Assembly: GCA_040222015.1 (NCBI GenBank)
Contig: JAVJWO010000193.1
Location: forward strand, 32,001-96,000
Direction of reading: 5' to 3'
DNA: 64,000 nucleotides
From: Coleofasciculus chthonoplastes F2-STO-03
GTDB lineage: Bacteria; Cyanobacteriota; Cyanobacteriia; Cyanobacteriales; Coleofasciculaceae
Part shown: in pieces, positions 19,922 to 30,613 of the stretch
How the letters are laid out: the number at the start of each line of letters is the position of its first letter
How positions within the stretch are numbered: the stretch's first letter is position 1
Position numbers and translations under genes: made by a program
Notes under the pieces: generated by a model
What the model was told of the DNA's origin: nothing
The model's input: the letters and a program-made list of their open reading frames with translations, nothing else
Database searches by the model: none

Positions 19922-20683
19922 TCAATGATGGATAAATAGACTATCCTGTTGTAGGATTCGTCCATTGGCGGCACTGTATAATTGTCCAAGTGAACCGGCA
20001 TACATAAATCCCCAGCTAGTCAGTTTCTCGTATATATCATAAAATAGTGGCTGACATTTGTATAGCTCATTGAAAGATGTTTCTACTATAATTATTTTTG
20101 CTCTTCTAATAGTTTTTTCTCCACCTTGCAACACTCTATCTTCATAACCTTGAACGTCCATTTTAATGCAAAGTGGGTCACAAATATTGATTTCTTCAGC
20201 AATAGTATCTAGTTTTCTGACCTCCACTTTGAGTGGCTTGCTATGAGCAGTCTGAGAAAACTCGGTTTTATGTAGTTCAGTCATCTTCAAAAGGGATGAT
20301 GATTGAGAAAAGTTATTTTCCTCCATTTCTAAACTTCCTTCATGATTTCCAACGGCTATGTTAAACCCTTTGAATTTATCTACATTTGCCATTCTGGATT
20401 GAAGCTTTGAAAAACAGTCAGGCAATGGCTCAAATGAGTAAATTTTAGAGTTAGGGAAAGCTGAATTAACCGTAACAGTGAACTGACCGCAGTTAGCACC
20501 AATATCAATAAAAGTTTTTATGTCTAGTGATTTAAACCAAGTTTGATTGAGTGATCTAAATATATGAATTGATCCACCTTTAAGCTTGAGCAATAATAAT
20601 TTTGGATTTTCAATTATGCAGGATATTCTTTCTATGTTTTGAGCGATCTTAGTGATTGTAGACATAGCTATGTGTGTTGTCAA
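19922..20683 (-). CDS. FkbM family methyltransferase
   Basis: IDIGANCGQF, SFEP, KMDVQGYE. Confidence 0.92.
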   Translation of the reverse strand: MTTHIAMSTITKIAQNIERISCIIENPKLLLLKLKGGSIHIFRSLNQTWFKSLDIKTFIDIGANCGQFTVTVNSAFPNSKIYSFEPLPDCFSKLQSRMANVDKFKGFNIAVGNHEGSLEMEENNFSQSSSLLKMTELHKTEFSQTAHSKPLKVEVRKLDTIAEEINICDPLCIKMDVQGYEDRVLQGGEKTIRRAKIIIVETSFNELYKCQPLFYDIYEKLTSWGFMYAGSLGQLYSAANGRILQQDSLFIHH

Positions 20684-20710
20684 TTTGTTATATCTTAGGC
20701 GGCTTATCTA

Positions 20711-22000
20711 TTACTTAGATTTATTACTTAGAGTATTGTAATTTTTCGCAAAAAGGCTTTTTGTCTTGTATAAGATTTTACGAATGCGACTGTAACCATA
20801 TTTATTTTCAGACATCCATATTGTCTTTGCTACTATAGAAGCTTCATAAACATTAGATAATTCCATGTCAAAAAGATTAATTCCTCTAGTATTAAAAAAA
20901 GTGTTAATTACAAACAAAATTTGTTTTGTTTTATAAAAAATACGTAACATTTGTAATGTATTAGATTGCAAGAAATTAAGTTTTATTCCATGTTTTTCAA
21001 GTATCAAATTTACCCATTTTTCTACTTCATCGTAGTGCTGATCTTTCGCGCTTATAAGTGCTAGGTTTAGTTGCTTATTCATGTTTATTTTTAAGTTCTT
21101 TCTATAGTGTAAAAATGTGGCTTGTAAATAAGATTCATATACCATTACTTGGAGAGATTCTGTAAACTTTTTAGTACATTCTAATTGAAGAGATTTGTGT
21201 ATAGGTATATTACCTTCTGAATAAAATTTTTGTACAGGAGAGTTGTAAGTATTTTTATTTTTGAAGTGTGATGTTCCTGTGCTGTGGTGGGAAGCACCAT
21301 TAATTGCTAATGGTTCATATAAGTAAAGATACTTGTCTAAAAACAAAGCTAATGCAATTGCACTATAAACATCAGGAATCATGGATTTATAAAAAATACC
21401 TTTAGCATCCTCTTTTTTTAACTTATTAATAATATCCATACTAACAAAGCCACCCTGGTAAAGCATTGGTAGTTGATCGTAACTAGCTGTCCCATTCATC
21501 ACTTTCAATAGCCACTTTTTACAATCTCTTATCTCATAACCTTTTTTTATTGGCACAGTAAAATAAGAATTGCGATTTGAGTTCAAGGATGGCCAGGAAT
21601 ATTTACATAAACTCGATTGAACAGCATATACATTATTATTATTTTGGATAATAGAACTTACTCTTGAGATTGCTGAAGGAAGCAAGGCATCATCATCACC
21701 AATAATGGTAACCCAGCCATCTTTGACATGAGATAAAGCAAATTCCCAATTATGAGACATACTTACTCGTTTGCCAGTATTCAGGTATTTAATGCGTGAG
21801 TCTTTTTGTTGATAACTTCGTATCAATTTATCGGTATGATCTTCACTGAAATTGTCGCTTACAATGATGTCGAGGTTATGATACTTTTGGGCAGTTACTG
21901 TTTTCAGACAGTGTTCTAGAGTATCTGGTCGCTGCCGCGTTGGAATTATTACAGAAAATTTAATTGCAGAATCCATGTTTTGTTGGTTTCTATTGTACAC
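20711..22000 (-). CDS. GT2 glycosyltransferase
   Basis: FSVIIPTR, VSDNFSED, IGDDD. Confidence 0.9.
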   Translation of the reverse strand: MYNRNQQNMDSAIKFSVIIPTRQRPDTLEHCLKTVTAQKYHNLDIIVSDNFSEDHTDKLIRSYQQKDSRIKYLNTGKRVSMSHNWEFALSHVKDGWVTIIGDDDALLPSAISRVSSIIQNNNNVYAVQSSLCKYSWPSLNSNRNSYFTVPIKKGYEIRDCKKWLLKVMNGTASYDQLPMLYQGGFVSMDIINKLKKEDAKGIFYKSMIPDVYSAIALALFLDKYLYLYEPLAINGASHHSTGTSHFKNKNTYNSPVQKFYSEGNIPIHKSLQLECTKKFTESLQVMVYESYLQATFLHYRKNLKINMNKQLNLALISAKDQHYDEVEKWVNLILEKHGIKLNFLQSNTLQMLRIFYKTKQILFVINTFFNTRGINLFDMELSNVYEASIVAKTIWMSENKYGYSRIRKILYKTKSLFAKNYNTLSNKSK

Positions 22001-22026
22001 CTAGTTTTAGCACCCATTTAAAACAC

Positions 22027-23550
22027 TTATTTTTCTATCCGTTTCGGTGGCGAAAGCGTTAAAAAAGAAAGAATAATTAACCAAGCCCGTTCCCTTACTC
22101 TGTTCGCGGCTAGGACTGTCGCGGTGCATGTGCATATTGAGGCTACGGCTAGCGTCGCCAGTTGAGGCAGAATTCGGACAGAATCAGGCAATATCCAGCC
22201 GATTGTAGTGGCTACAACCAAAGCAGCCAATAGCGGGTACAGAACATCCTGCCGATACCAGTGCCACTTCTCGGTTTTCAAAATGCGACGGTACATGAAA
22301 TGTATCCCAATCAAAACGTAGCCTAAGTTCAGGCTGACCCAGACCCAAGCAGCCCCCACAGCACCATAGCGAGGGGTTGCCCAAAAAATAGCCGGAACGA
22401 TCAGCAAAACAGATACAATGTTAATACACACCGTAAGCTTAGTCCAGCCATGGGCAAGTTGGGTTTGGTAGGGAATCCACATCAGACCATTGAGTAAATT
22501 GCCTAGTACCAGTAGTCTGAGCAAGGGAGCAGTGTTCTTAACAAGTTCGGGATTCTGAGTCCAAAGCTGGAGAAAAGTCTCCGAGAAAACTATAAGTACT
22601 AGGGCAGTACTACCCAAGGTCACCGTAACCAATTGTGCTCCTTGATGATAGGTACGAATTAGACCAGGGGAATCTTGTGTTGCGTATAGCTGAGTCAGGC
22701 GAGGAAACCAAGCCTGGGTAATTGGGGAAACCAGCATATACAAAGCCCCAGCCACTGATGCGGCTAGAGTGTAGTAGCCATAGTTAGTCAGCGTCAGCAG
22801 CCTAGCGAGAAGAATTTTATCAATCTTAGTCAGCAGTAGAGCCAGAAAAGTGATTCCCATCATACCCCCAGCAAATTGCCAAATATTACGCAGAACTAAC
22901 CATGAAAACCGACCCGGACGCTTGCCTCTGGGCAAGATGTTGTAGATAGTGAAGGCGAGAATGGAGAGAGTGGCGATTGAAATTAACCCTTGCCAAAGGA
23001 AGAATGCTTGGATTGTTGGTGAAACCCACGCCAGAATAGCCACTGCACCAAAACCACGCAGCGTTGCCATGACACCGTTGATGGTGTTGAATAGCACCTG
23101 TCGCTGTAAACCGACGATGCTGCTACGGTACAACCCTTCGATAAACCGTAGAGCCGTGACCATACCCATAATGCTAAACGCCTGAGCCACCACAGCGACT
23201 GGTAGTTCCTCTGCCCTAAGCCAAGAATTGGCTAGCCATTGAGAACTTAGGGCAATGACACCTGCGAATAAAATCGCAATCATTAATGCAATAGTTTCTA
23301 TGGTGCGTAGTAAATCCCGGATTGACGTTGCTGTGTGTTCGCCCCCTGTAAAGCGAGCCATCTCCCGCGCCAAGGTAGGGGTCATCCCCATATCGAGCAA
23401 GCTCAACCAAGCAGTCACCACTGCAAATAGACCAATTAGACCATAGGCTTCAATCCCGATAAATCGGATATAGAGGGGAATGAACGCAAAACCCATCAAG
23501 GCGATCCACCCTTGACCAAGGTAATTGGCGAGCAGGTTTCGTTTAAGCAT
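22027..23550 (-). CDS. wzx: Wzx-type oligosaccharide flippase
   Basis: 12-14 TM segments, LLDMGMTP, DKILL..YGYY. Confidence 0.88.
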   Translation of the reverse strand: MLKRNLLANYLGQGWIALMGFAFIPLYIRFIGIEAYGLIGLFAVVTAWLSLLDMGMTPTLAREMARFTGGEHTATSIRDLLRTIETIALMIAILFAGVIALSSQWLANSWLRAEELPVAVVAQAFSIMGMVTALRFIEGLYRSSIVGLQRQVLFNTINGVMATLRGFGAVAILAWVSPTIQAFFLWQGLISIATLSILAFTIYNILPRGKRPGRFSWLVLRNIWQFAGGMMGITFLALLLTKIDKILLARLLTLTNYGYYTLAASVAGALYMLVSPITQAWFPRLTQLYATQDSPGLIRTYHQGAQLVTVTLGSTALVLIVFSETFLQLWTQNPELVKNTAPLLRLLVLGNLLNGLMWIPYQTQLAHGWTKLTVCINIVSVLLIVPAIFWATPRYGAVGAAWVWVSLNLGYVLIGIHFMYRRILKTEKWHWYRQDVLYPLLAALVVATTIGWILPDSVRILPQLATLAVASICTCTATVLAANRVRERAWLIILSFLTLSPPKRIEK

Positions 23551-23603
23551 TATGCCTACTTGAGAATTCTAGCTTCATAACGTTGCAAAAACTAAGGAGG
23601 TAT

Positions 23604-24344
23604 TCAACTAACTCGTTTCAAGTAGCCATCGGGGGCAACTGTAATCAAAAGCTTGTGTTGGATGTTTTTATCGATTTTAAACTCAGGGTGGGTTTTGAGG
23701 TATTCCCAGACGGCAGTTTTGGGATTGTTCCCCTTACCCCAAGGACGATCAGGAAACATATCATCGGGTAAATCTTCAATGATGGTATCGAAGACAACGC
23801 AGTAACTCCCCACAGACGTTAATAGTGCATAAGCTTCTAGTTCAGCCAGAACGTGGTCGTGGGTATGATTACTATCCAGACAGACTAATATTTTATGCTT
23901 ATTCGCGGCTTTCTCCTTAACCAGATCAACAACTTCTGGGGCAATACTAGACCCTTCAATCATTGAGATGCGCTTAAACATGGGATGCGCTTCAATGGCT
24001 TCTCGGTTGTGGCTACGGATATCAATATCAATCCCTATCACCTCAGCATCTTGAGAACCACCACAAATAGCATTAAGCTCTAACATTGAAGCCGAAAAAA
24101 TAAGTGATCCCCCGTGAGCAATACCTGTTTCTATAATCAAATCAGGTTGGACAAACCAGATTAACTCCTGGGTAGCAATTATATCTTGAGGATACTGAAT
24201 GATGGGACGACCAAGCCAAGAAAAATTGTAAGAGTATTTTTGATAATTTGATGATTTTATGAAAGCATCCGTACTAGCCACTAGATTGAGGTTTTTTATG
24301 TTAGCCATGATTCGTTGACGCCGCTCTTGTTCAAATCGTTCCAT
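23604..24344 (-). CDS. CmcI (cephalosporin hydroxylase) family methyltransferase-like protein
   Basis: WLGRPIIQYPQD, IETGIAHGGS, LDSNHTHDHV. Confidence 0.92.
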   Translation of the reverse strand: MERFEQERRQRIMANIKNLNLVASTDAFIKSSNYQKYSYNFSWLGRPIIQYPQDIIATQELIWFVQPDLIIETGIAHGGSLIFSASMLELNAICGGSQDAEVIGIDIDIRSHNREAIEAHPMFKRISMIEGSSIAPEVVDLVKEKAANKHKILVCLDSNHTHDHVLAELEAYALLTSVGSYCVVFDTIIEDLPDDMFPDRPWGKGNNPKTAVWEYLKTHPEFKIDKNIQHKLLITVAPDGYLKRVS

Positions 24345-25404
24345 AATCCACAGTTAAATAATTGTATTGATTGCCAGTCATATCAATTATCTCAGACAAA
24401 TAGTTACTATTCATAACTAAAATGTCCGCCCCTTTGCTAAGGTGTTTCATTGCTTCCGTTGGGGAATAAACCTTAATTCCTGTAGCTGCTAAATACTTCT
24501 CTTGCTTGGCAGGGTTTATGTCAATAACAATTTTTAAATCAACTCCATGACGTTGCATAAATAAAGAAAAGATGACGCCCTTAGATGCACCTCCCCATAC
24601 AGCAATACTTTTAGATGCTTTATGTTTCAGTATCCTTGCATATTGACTGACTGTATCAATAAAATCCTTAGGAAATGTAATCACATCATCAGCATCTCTT
24701 TGGGGAACTCTGAGTGTACTTAGATCGGCTATCACATATAGATATTGTCCACCAAAAATATGCCCTACCTCATAAATTTTTTCAAACATTCTATAAAAGT
24801 CTAATTCTCTGAAATAATTGACATGCTCATAGAATATATCAAACCAAGCTCTATGTTTAATAATCCATTCAAAACATGGAACTTCAATGTAGATCTTACC
24901 ACCACCATTGGCATCACGAATTTTAGAGCAAAATCCAATTGGGTTTTGAGTATGTTCAAGGACATGCCTTAGTATAACGCCATCAAACTTAATTCCTATA
25001 TTTGGAGTGAAGTAGTCCTTGATGATAGAATTATTTGAGCCTTCGTAGGTTGGATCAATACCTAAAACATTCAATCCAGATTCTTGTAAAAGCTCAACAA
25101 AATAACCCTTACCACAGCCCACTTCAATCAATGAATGTCCTTCAAAGTGCTTTTCAATAAGTCTCTTAACAGAATTTAAATGCTCTCGAAAAACACGGCT
25201 ACCGGCTTGTTCATTCTGGTAGTCAGTATCATACAACATTAGTTCCGGCTGAAAAGCTTTATTAAAAACCAAACCTGTTTTTAGGCTTTGAACCAAATAA
25301 ATGTCGCCTTTTCCACAATTTATTGCTTCATATTCTGTATTAAACATCCGATTTTGAAAAACAGGTAGTTGTTCTACTCTGTAAATTTCTCGATAGTGCT
25401 TCAA
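24331..25404 (-). CDS. Class I SAM-dependent methyltransferase (C-methyltransferase-like C-terminus)
   Basis: EVGCGKG, RHVLEH, FYEHVNYF, WGGASKG. Confidence 0.88.
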   Translation of the reverse strand: MKHYREIYRVEQLPVFQNRMFNTEYEAINCGKGDIYLVQSLKTGLVFNKAFQPELMLYDTDYQNEQAGSRVFREHLNSVKRLIEKHFEGHSLIEVGCGKGYFVELLQESGLNVLGIDPTYEGSNNSIIKDYFTPNIGIKFDGVILRHVLEHTQNPIGFCSKIRDANGGGKIYIEVPCFEWIIKHRAWFDIFYEHVNYFRELDFYRMFEKIYEVGHIFGGQYLYVIADLSTLRVPQRDADDVITFPKDFIDTVSQYARILKHKASKSIAVWGGASKGVIFSLFMQRHGVDLKIVIDINPAKQEKYLAATGIKVYSPTEAMKHLSKGADILVMNSNYLSEIIDMTGNQYNYLTVDYGTI

Positions 25405-26243
25405 AATTCCTCCAGAAATCGATCAAGTTTTCTTCGAGTACCCCAAAATGCCATAGGTTCATGTTCAGGGTAAGGATAATAGCCAAGGTTTAACTGAATT
25501 TCCCAGCCATGAGTTTCTATCCAATATTCGACTAATCTGCGAATAGAGATAGGATTGCCTGAGCAAATATTCACAATACCTATATTTCTGGACTTTAAGG
25601 CAAGTTTTACCAAAATTTTTGCAATCTCGCTCACAGGTAAGTAATCGCGTAACTGCTCACCTCCTGACATATTAAATACATCATGTCTATTTTCAATGGC
25701 ACTTTTGAGTTGAGAAAAAAGCGTAGTTTGAGGCTGTCCATCACCGTACATATAGAATAACCTTGCCCAAGCCAACTTAAATGGTTGCTGAGATTGAAGA
25801 TATTCAAGTTGACAGCGCAAAGCATTCTTGGCATAGCCATAGGGAGTACAGGGACAGGTTACAAGTGTCTCTTCTAAAGCTCCTGATTGCATACCATACT
25901 CAAAGCAAGTTCCAGCAACAATAAGATTAGATAAGCCTGATTGTATCAGTTCTTTTAAGAATTGGTATTGGCAAGGCAATTCTTGTTCAAAGTGATGCAA
26001 AGATTGGTAATTAGGTAATCCTCCCCATGCGAGATGGATTAATATATCTGGGGAACCCAGTAAATTAAATAGGTCAGTCGGTGGCTCACATAAATCAACA
26101 GTAACTACTTTTCCAGCAAAGTCTTTGATGATATTGCTGTTAGAATCACGAACCAGTGCCACAACATCTACTGGATATCGGTACAGTTGGGCAAGAACAT
26201 GACGACCGATAAAGCCAGTGGCTCCAGTCACAGCCACCTTCAC
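25401..26243 (-). CDS. NAD-dependent epimerase / NDP-4-keto-hexose reductase
   Basis: VTGATGFIG, YGYAK; GTG start overlaps upstream stop (GTGA). Confidence 0.88.
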   Translation of the reverse strand: MKVAVTGATGFIGRHVLAQLYRYPVDVVALVRDSNSNIIKDFAGKVVTVDLCEPPTDLFNLLGSPDILIHLAWGGLPNYQSLHHFEQELPCQYQFLKELIQSGLSNLIVAGTCFEYGMQSGALEETLVTCPCTPYGYAKNALRCQLEYLQSQQPFKLAWARLFYMYGDGQPQTTLFSQLKSAIENRHDVFNMSGGEQLRDYLPVSEIAKILVKLALKSRNIGIVNICSGNPISIRRLVEYWIETHGWEIQLNLGYYPYPEHEPMAFWGTRRKLDRFLEEF

Positions 26244-27475
26244 TTTATCACCTCCAGTTGAGGAACTGCCGTTACAAACTGCCCACCCCACTCCCGAATA
26301 TACCCTAGCTGATTCATGACCTCAGTCTTCAGATTCCACGGCAAAATAACAATATAATCTGGTTTCATTTCTTGAATAGATAATTCTTCCACAATTGGAA
26401 TTCGACTACCGGGCATAAACTTCCCTTGCTTTACAGGATTACGATCCACCACAAACGATAGTAAATCCGGACGAATTCCTGCATAATTCAACAATGTATT
26501 CCCCTTTGCTGCCGCACCATAGCCAGCCACAACCTTTTCCTGACGTTTAGCCTTCAGCAAAAAAGTTAAAAAATCATCCTTTACCCGATTAGCTCGTTTC
26601 TGAAAACCCGAGTAAAAATCAGCATTTGATAAACCAACCTTTAACTCCTCATCCAGTAACCCATCAACACGACTTGTCAACGAGTGCGAACCCGAATCCC
26701 TATGCTGGGCAAAAACCCTCAAACTGCCTCCGTGGGTTGAATGTTCTTCAACATCAAAAATACTCAAACCATTCACAGTAAAAATCTGCTGAACTGCTGT
26801 TAATGATAAATAAGAAAAATGTTCATGATAGACTGTATCAAACTGATTTCCTTCAATTAATCTCAATAAGTGAGGGAACTCAAACGTGGCTACTCCTTGA
26901 GGTTTAAGCAACATAGCAAAACCTGAAACAAAATCGTTAATATCCGGAACGTGGGCTAAAACATTATTAGCCGCTATCAAATCCGCTTGTTTACCACAAT
27001 TGACTAACTTACGAGCAAGGCGAACGCTAAAGAAATCTTCAACAACCTCAATCCCCTTTCTCCTAGCTGCCGCAGCAGTGCTGGCTGTGGGTTCAACTCC
27101 CAAACAAGCAATATTATGATCTTTAAAATATTGCAGCAAATAGCCATCATTAGCTGCAACCTCAACCACATAACTATCACCATTGAGATCAAATCGACTC
27201 ATCACATCCGCTACATACCGCTCCGCGTGAGCCAACCAAGTCTGAGAAAAAGAGCTGAAGTAAGCATAACTAGCATCGAAAAGTTCCGCCGCATCTGTAA
27301 AATCTTCCGTCTGTACAAGCCAGCAATTTGTACACACCAAAACCCGCAGAGGAAACCACTTTTCCGAGGCGTGAAGTTGTTCTGGGGTTAAATAGGCATT
27401 GGATGGTGGCGCACTTCCTAAATCAATAAAAGATAGCTTCAATGTCTCATGACAGTGACGACATTTCATAGACAC
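26240..27475 (-). CDS. NDP-hexose 3-C-methyltransferase
   Basis: CRHC..CTNC zinc site, AANDGYLL, ANNVLAHVPD, YHEH, YGAAAKGNT. Confidence 0.9.
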   Translation of the reverse strand: MSMKCRHCHETLKLSFIDLGSAPPSNAYLTPEQLHASEKWFPLRVLVCTNCWLVQTEDFTDAAELFDASYAYFSSFSQTWLAHAERYVADVMSRFDLNGDSYVVEVAANDGYLLQYFKDHNIACLGVEPTASTAAAARRKGIEVVEDFFSVRLARKLVNCGKQADLIAANNVLAHVPDINDFVSGFAMLLKPQGVATFEFPHLLRLIEGNQFDTVYHEHFSYLSLTAVQQIFTVNGLSIFDVEEHSTHGGSLRVFAQHRDSGSHSLTSRVDGLLDEELKVGLSNADFYSGFQKRANRVKDDFLTFLLKAKRQEKVVAGYGAAAKGNTLLNYAGIRPDLLSFVVDRNPVKQGKFMPGSRIPIVEELSIQEMKPDYIVILPWNLKTEVMNQLGYIREWGGQFVTAVPQLEVIK

Positions 27476-28032
27476 ACCCCACCAAACTGAGAGTCATGAA
27501 TGAATGGATGGGCGCGATCGCGTTGAGATAATTCCATAATGGGTAAAGGCCAAGCAATATTGAGATCGGGGTCTTGAACGTGCAAACCTCCCTCAAACTC
27601 AGGTTGATAAGATGACGTATGTAAATATAGCAGTTCACAATCGTCTGTCAAGGTTTGAAAACCGTGGGCAAACCCTTCTGGAATACAAAGGCTTTTGTAG
27701 TTATCAGCCGATAAGACCTCCCCATACCAATGCACAAAAGTGGGCGATCCTTTTCGCAGATCCACCGCCACATCAAAAACCTCTCCCTGTAAGCAGCTAA
27801 CAATCTTTGCCTCAGCATAGGGCGGGTATTGGAAGTGAAGCCCCCGTACAGTTCCCTTCGAGCGAGTCAAGGAATGATTGATTTGAACAATGGTTTTGCC
27901 AAAACCGACGCGACTCAATTCATCGATGCAGTACATACGGCTAAATTCCCCTCGATGGTCTGAGTTCGCCTGTCGTTTGGCTACCAAGAGTCCTGATAAG
28001 GAAGTCGGTTGAAAGCTAAAGCGATTACTCAT
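27466..28032 (-). CDS. rfbC: NDP-4-keto-6-deoxyhexose 3,5-epimerase (RfbC family)
   Basis: DHRGEF, RGLHFQ, DVAVDLR, GFAHGF. Confidence 0.9.
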   Translation of the reverse strand: MSNRFSFQPTSLSGLLVAKRQANSDHRGEFSRMYCIDELSRVGFGKTIVQINHSLTRSKGTVRGLHFQYPPYAEAKIVSCLQGEVFDVAVDLRKGSPTFVHWYGEVLSADNYKSLCIPEGFAHGFQTLTDDCELLYLHTSSYQPEFEGGLHVQDPDLNIAWPLPIMELSQRDRAHPFIHDSQFGGVCL

Positions 28033-28035
28033 ACC

Positions 28036-29118
28036 TTATCGACCCTCTTGATAAGCAAGAATTTGACCTAGGGAATATTGCTGCATATCCTTTTCTTGCT
28101 GCCAGACTCGATACCACTCAACGGTCTGTCTAAGAGCTCGATCTAATGACCAATGCGATCGCCACCCTAAGTGAGTCCACGCTTTTGTCGTATCTAGGCG
28201 TAGGAGACTCGCTTCATGGGGATGAAAATTCAACTTATCAACTTTAATTTCGCCATATCCCCATAATTCAACCACCTGTCGTGCCACTCTCTCAACGGTT
28301 GCTTCATTGGCAGGGTCTGGACCAAAATTCCAACTATCAGCGTAGATTGCAGAAGGTTGGAGCCATAACTGCTGAGTGAGCATTAAGTAACCTGCTAAAG
28401 GATCGAGAACGTGCTGCCAAGGGCGTACTGCACTTGGATAACGCAAGAAAATTGGCTGATCTAGCATTAATGCTCGAATACAGTCGGGAATCAAGCGGAA
28501 TTCAGCCCAATCTCCACCTCCAATTACATTTCCCGCTCGAACGGTGGCGATCGCAGCTTGCTGACTTGCATCCGAGCCAGTTGTAAAAAAACTCGCTCGA
28601 TAAGACCGTGTGACTATTTCGGCACAAGCTTTACTAGCACTATAGGGGTCATGTCCGCCCAGTGGATCGTTTTCTCGATAAGGATAACACCATTCGCGAT
28701 TTTCATAACACTTGTCAGTGGTGACGTTAATAACAGCCCGAACGCTAGGATTAGCACGAACCGCCTCTAACAAATTAACTGTTCCAAGTACATTGACAGC
28801 ATAAGTTTCTACCGGCTCTTTGTAGGAATAACGGACTAACGACTGTGCTGCCAGATGAAATACAATGTCTGGCTGAACGCACTTCATTGCATCTGCCAAC
28901 CTTGCTCCGTTACGAATATCACCAAAGGTATTGCTCGCGAGCAAATCTGCAACTTGTGCTACTTCATAAAAACTCGGTTGAGTTGGAGGTTGTAAGGAAT
29001 AACCATGAACCTCTGCTCCTAGGGACTGAAGCCAAAGCGATAGCCATCCCCCCTTAAAGCCCGTGTGACCTGTTAGAAAGACTTTTTTATTCTGCCAAAA
29101 ATCAGGATTTATACCCAT
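28036..29118 (-). CDS. rfbG: CDP-glucose 4,6-dehydratase
   Basis: FWQNKKVFLTGHTGFKGGWL, TTDKCY, DPYSASK, RAGNVIGGGDW. Confidence 0.96.
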   Translation of the reverse strand: MGINPDFWQNKKVFLTGHTGFKGGWLSLWLQSLGAEVHGYSLQPPTQPSFYEVAQVADLLASNTFGDIRNGARLADAMKCVQPDIVFHLAAQSLVRYSYKEPVETYAVNVLGTVNLLEAVRANPSVRAVINVTTDKCYENREWCYPYRENDPLGGHDPYSASKACAEIVTRSYRASFFTTGSDASQQAAIATVRAGNVIGGGDWAEFRLIPDCIRALMLDQPIFLRYPSAVRPWQHVLDPLAGYLMLTQQLWLQPSAIYADSWNFGPDPANEATVERVARQVVELWGYGEIKVDKLNFHPHEASLLRLDTTKAWTHLGWRSHWSLDRALRQTVEWYRVWQQEKDMQQYSLGQILAYQEGR

Positions 29119-29882
29119 ACTTTCCACGGAGCACAATTCTCTTTCCAGAGTGATTCAAGATAATTTTTATCCCTCAACGTATCCATTGGTTGCCAAAAAC
29201 CCCTGTGTTTATATGCCAATAATTGACCTTTGCTGGCAATAATTTGTAAGGGTTCCCTTTCCCACGAGGTTTGATCGCCGCTAATGAACTCGAAAACTTG
29301 TGGCTCTAACACAAAAAAACCACCATTAATCCAGGCATTATCTCCTTGAGGCTTTTCTTGAAATGCGATGACGGCATCGTCTACAGAAAGTCTAATCGCT
29401 CCGTACCGTCCTGGCGGTTGTACAGCCGTTAATGTAGCCCATCGCCCTTTTTTTTGGTGAAGTTGAACTAATGCACGAATGTTAACATCAGCTACCCCAT
29501 CTCCATAAGTAAAACAGAAGGTTTGATCGCCAATATGCGATTGGATGCGCTTTAGTCGCCCTCCAGTCATCGTATCATCTCCTGTATCAACTAAGGTTAC
29601 TTTCCATGGTTCTGCTTGTTGACGATGCACTTCCATACGATTTTCATCCATATGAAAAGTTACATCAGACATATGAAGAAAATAATTCGCAAAATATTCT
29701 TTAATAATATATCCTTTGTAACCACAACAAATAATAAATTCATTGATTCCATAAAATGAGTAGATTTTAAGGATATGCCATAAGATTGGTTTTCCGCCAA
29801 TTTCGAGCATGGGTTTTGGTTTAAGATGGGTTTCTTCCGCTAAACGAGTTCCAAACCCACCTGCAAGAATTACAGCTTTCAC
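29109..29882 (-). CDS. rfbF: Glucose-1-phosphate cytidylyltransferase
   Basis: ILAGGFGTRLAEET, TMTGGRLK, FWQPMDTLRD. Confidence 0.97.
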   Translation of the reverse strand: MKAVILAGGFGTRLAEETHLKPKPMLEIGGKPILWHILKIYSFYGINEFIICCGYKGYIIKEYFANYFLHMSDVTFHMDENRMEVHRQQAEPWKVTLVDTGDDTMTGGRLKRIQSHIGDQTFCFTYGDGVADVNIRALVQLHQKKGRWATLTAVQPPGRYGAIRLSVDDAVIAFQEKPQGDNAWINGGFFVLEPQVFEFISGDQTSWEREPLQIIASKGQLLAYKHRGFWQPMDTLRDKNYLESLWKENCAPWKVWV

Positions 29883-29937
29883 GAGTGTCTTTAATGTATA
29901 ATTTTTTTAAACTATTTACTTCAATAAAGGTAGTCCA

Positions 29938-30260
29938 AATCGACGAAACTGAGGTCAAATCCAACTATAACACCCAAACGCAGCAGATCAACATCACCGT
30001 GCGATCGCCCGATACCCGTTTTCTCGCTGAAGCCGCCCCCCAAGTCTCTACCCTCCTCCTGTAGAAGTTTCCAGCCCCATTAGGTCACGCGATCGCTAAT
30101 AGTCTATGCCCCATCGAGCTATAAATCAACCAGCCGCAACAGATTCTCGAACAGCTAGACCAACCAATTGCTCAAGTTCGCGACTCCAACAGCATCGATC
30201 CCCAACCGATTAGAACCGCTCCCTAGTACAAATAATAGTACTGGATGCGATCGCCAGTTT
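29938..30260 (+). pseudogene. Degraded fragment of the wzz-like gene at 36837-37691
   Basis: Colinear with ~37123-37400 and ~37571-37615; internal deletion and in-frame stops. Confidence 0.85.
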
Positions 30261-30511
30261 TTCTCCAGCCAATAGGGGAGAGGCGGGCGACCCGACAAAT
30301 TGAGGGGAATGGAGTTTTCATTAGTGCCAGCGGGTCGCCCCTACCTGACCCCAGGTGTTTTGGCTTATCCCTAACGAGTGCGATCGCGTCCGGGGGAGAC
30401 TCCTATCTGACCAAATTTCATCCTTGCTCGTTTCCCCTTGCCAATACTACGGGCAAATCCATTAATTTTCTTGAGGAACCCGCATCTTTTGTTAACCCGG
30501 ATTCAATGGTA

Positions 30512-30613
30512 TAGCAACCGCCATGGCTGTTAGGACACATCATTTATGTAGAGACGCGCCATGGCGCGTCTCTACAATGGTGCCGAACGTCCTAATCGAT
30601 GTGTCTATTGCTA
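30512..30613. mobile_element. 102-bp MITE with TA target-site duplication
   Basis: Filled site TGG-TA-[TAGCAA..TTGCTA]-TA-ACTGG versus empty site TGG-TA-ACTTGG in the paralogous copy at ~32111. Confidence 0.9.

Noticed and set aside
23604..24344. Beta-lactam biosynthesis suggested by the CmcI name
   Set aside because: Context is a sugar-nucleotide operon, where this family behaves as a methyltransferase-like protein
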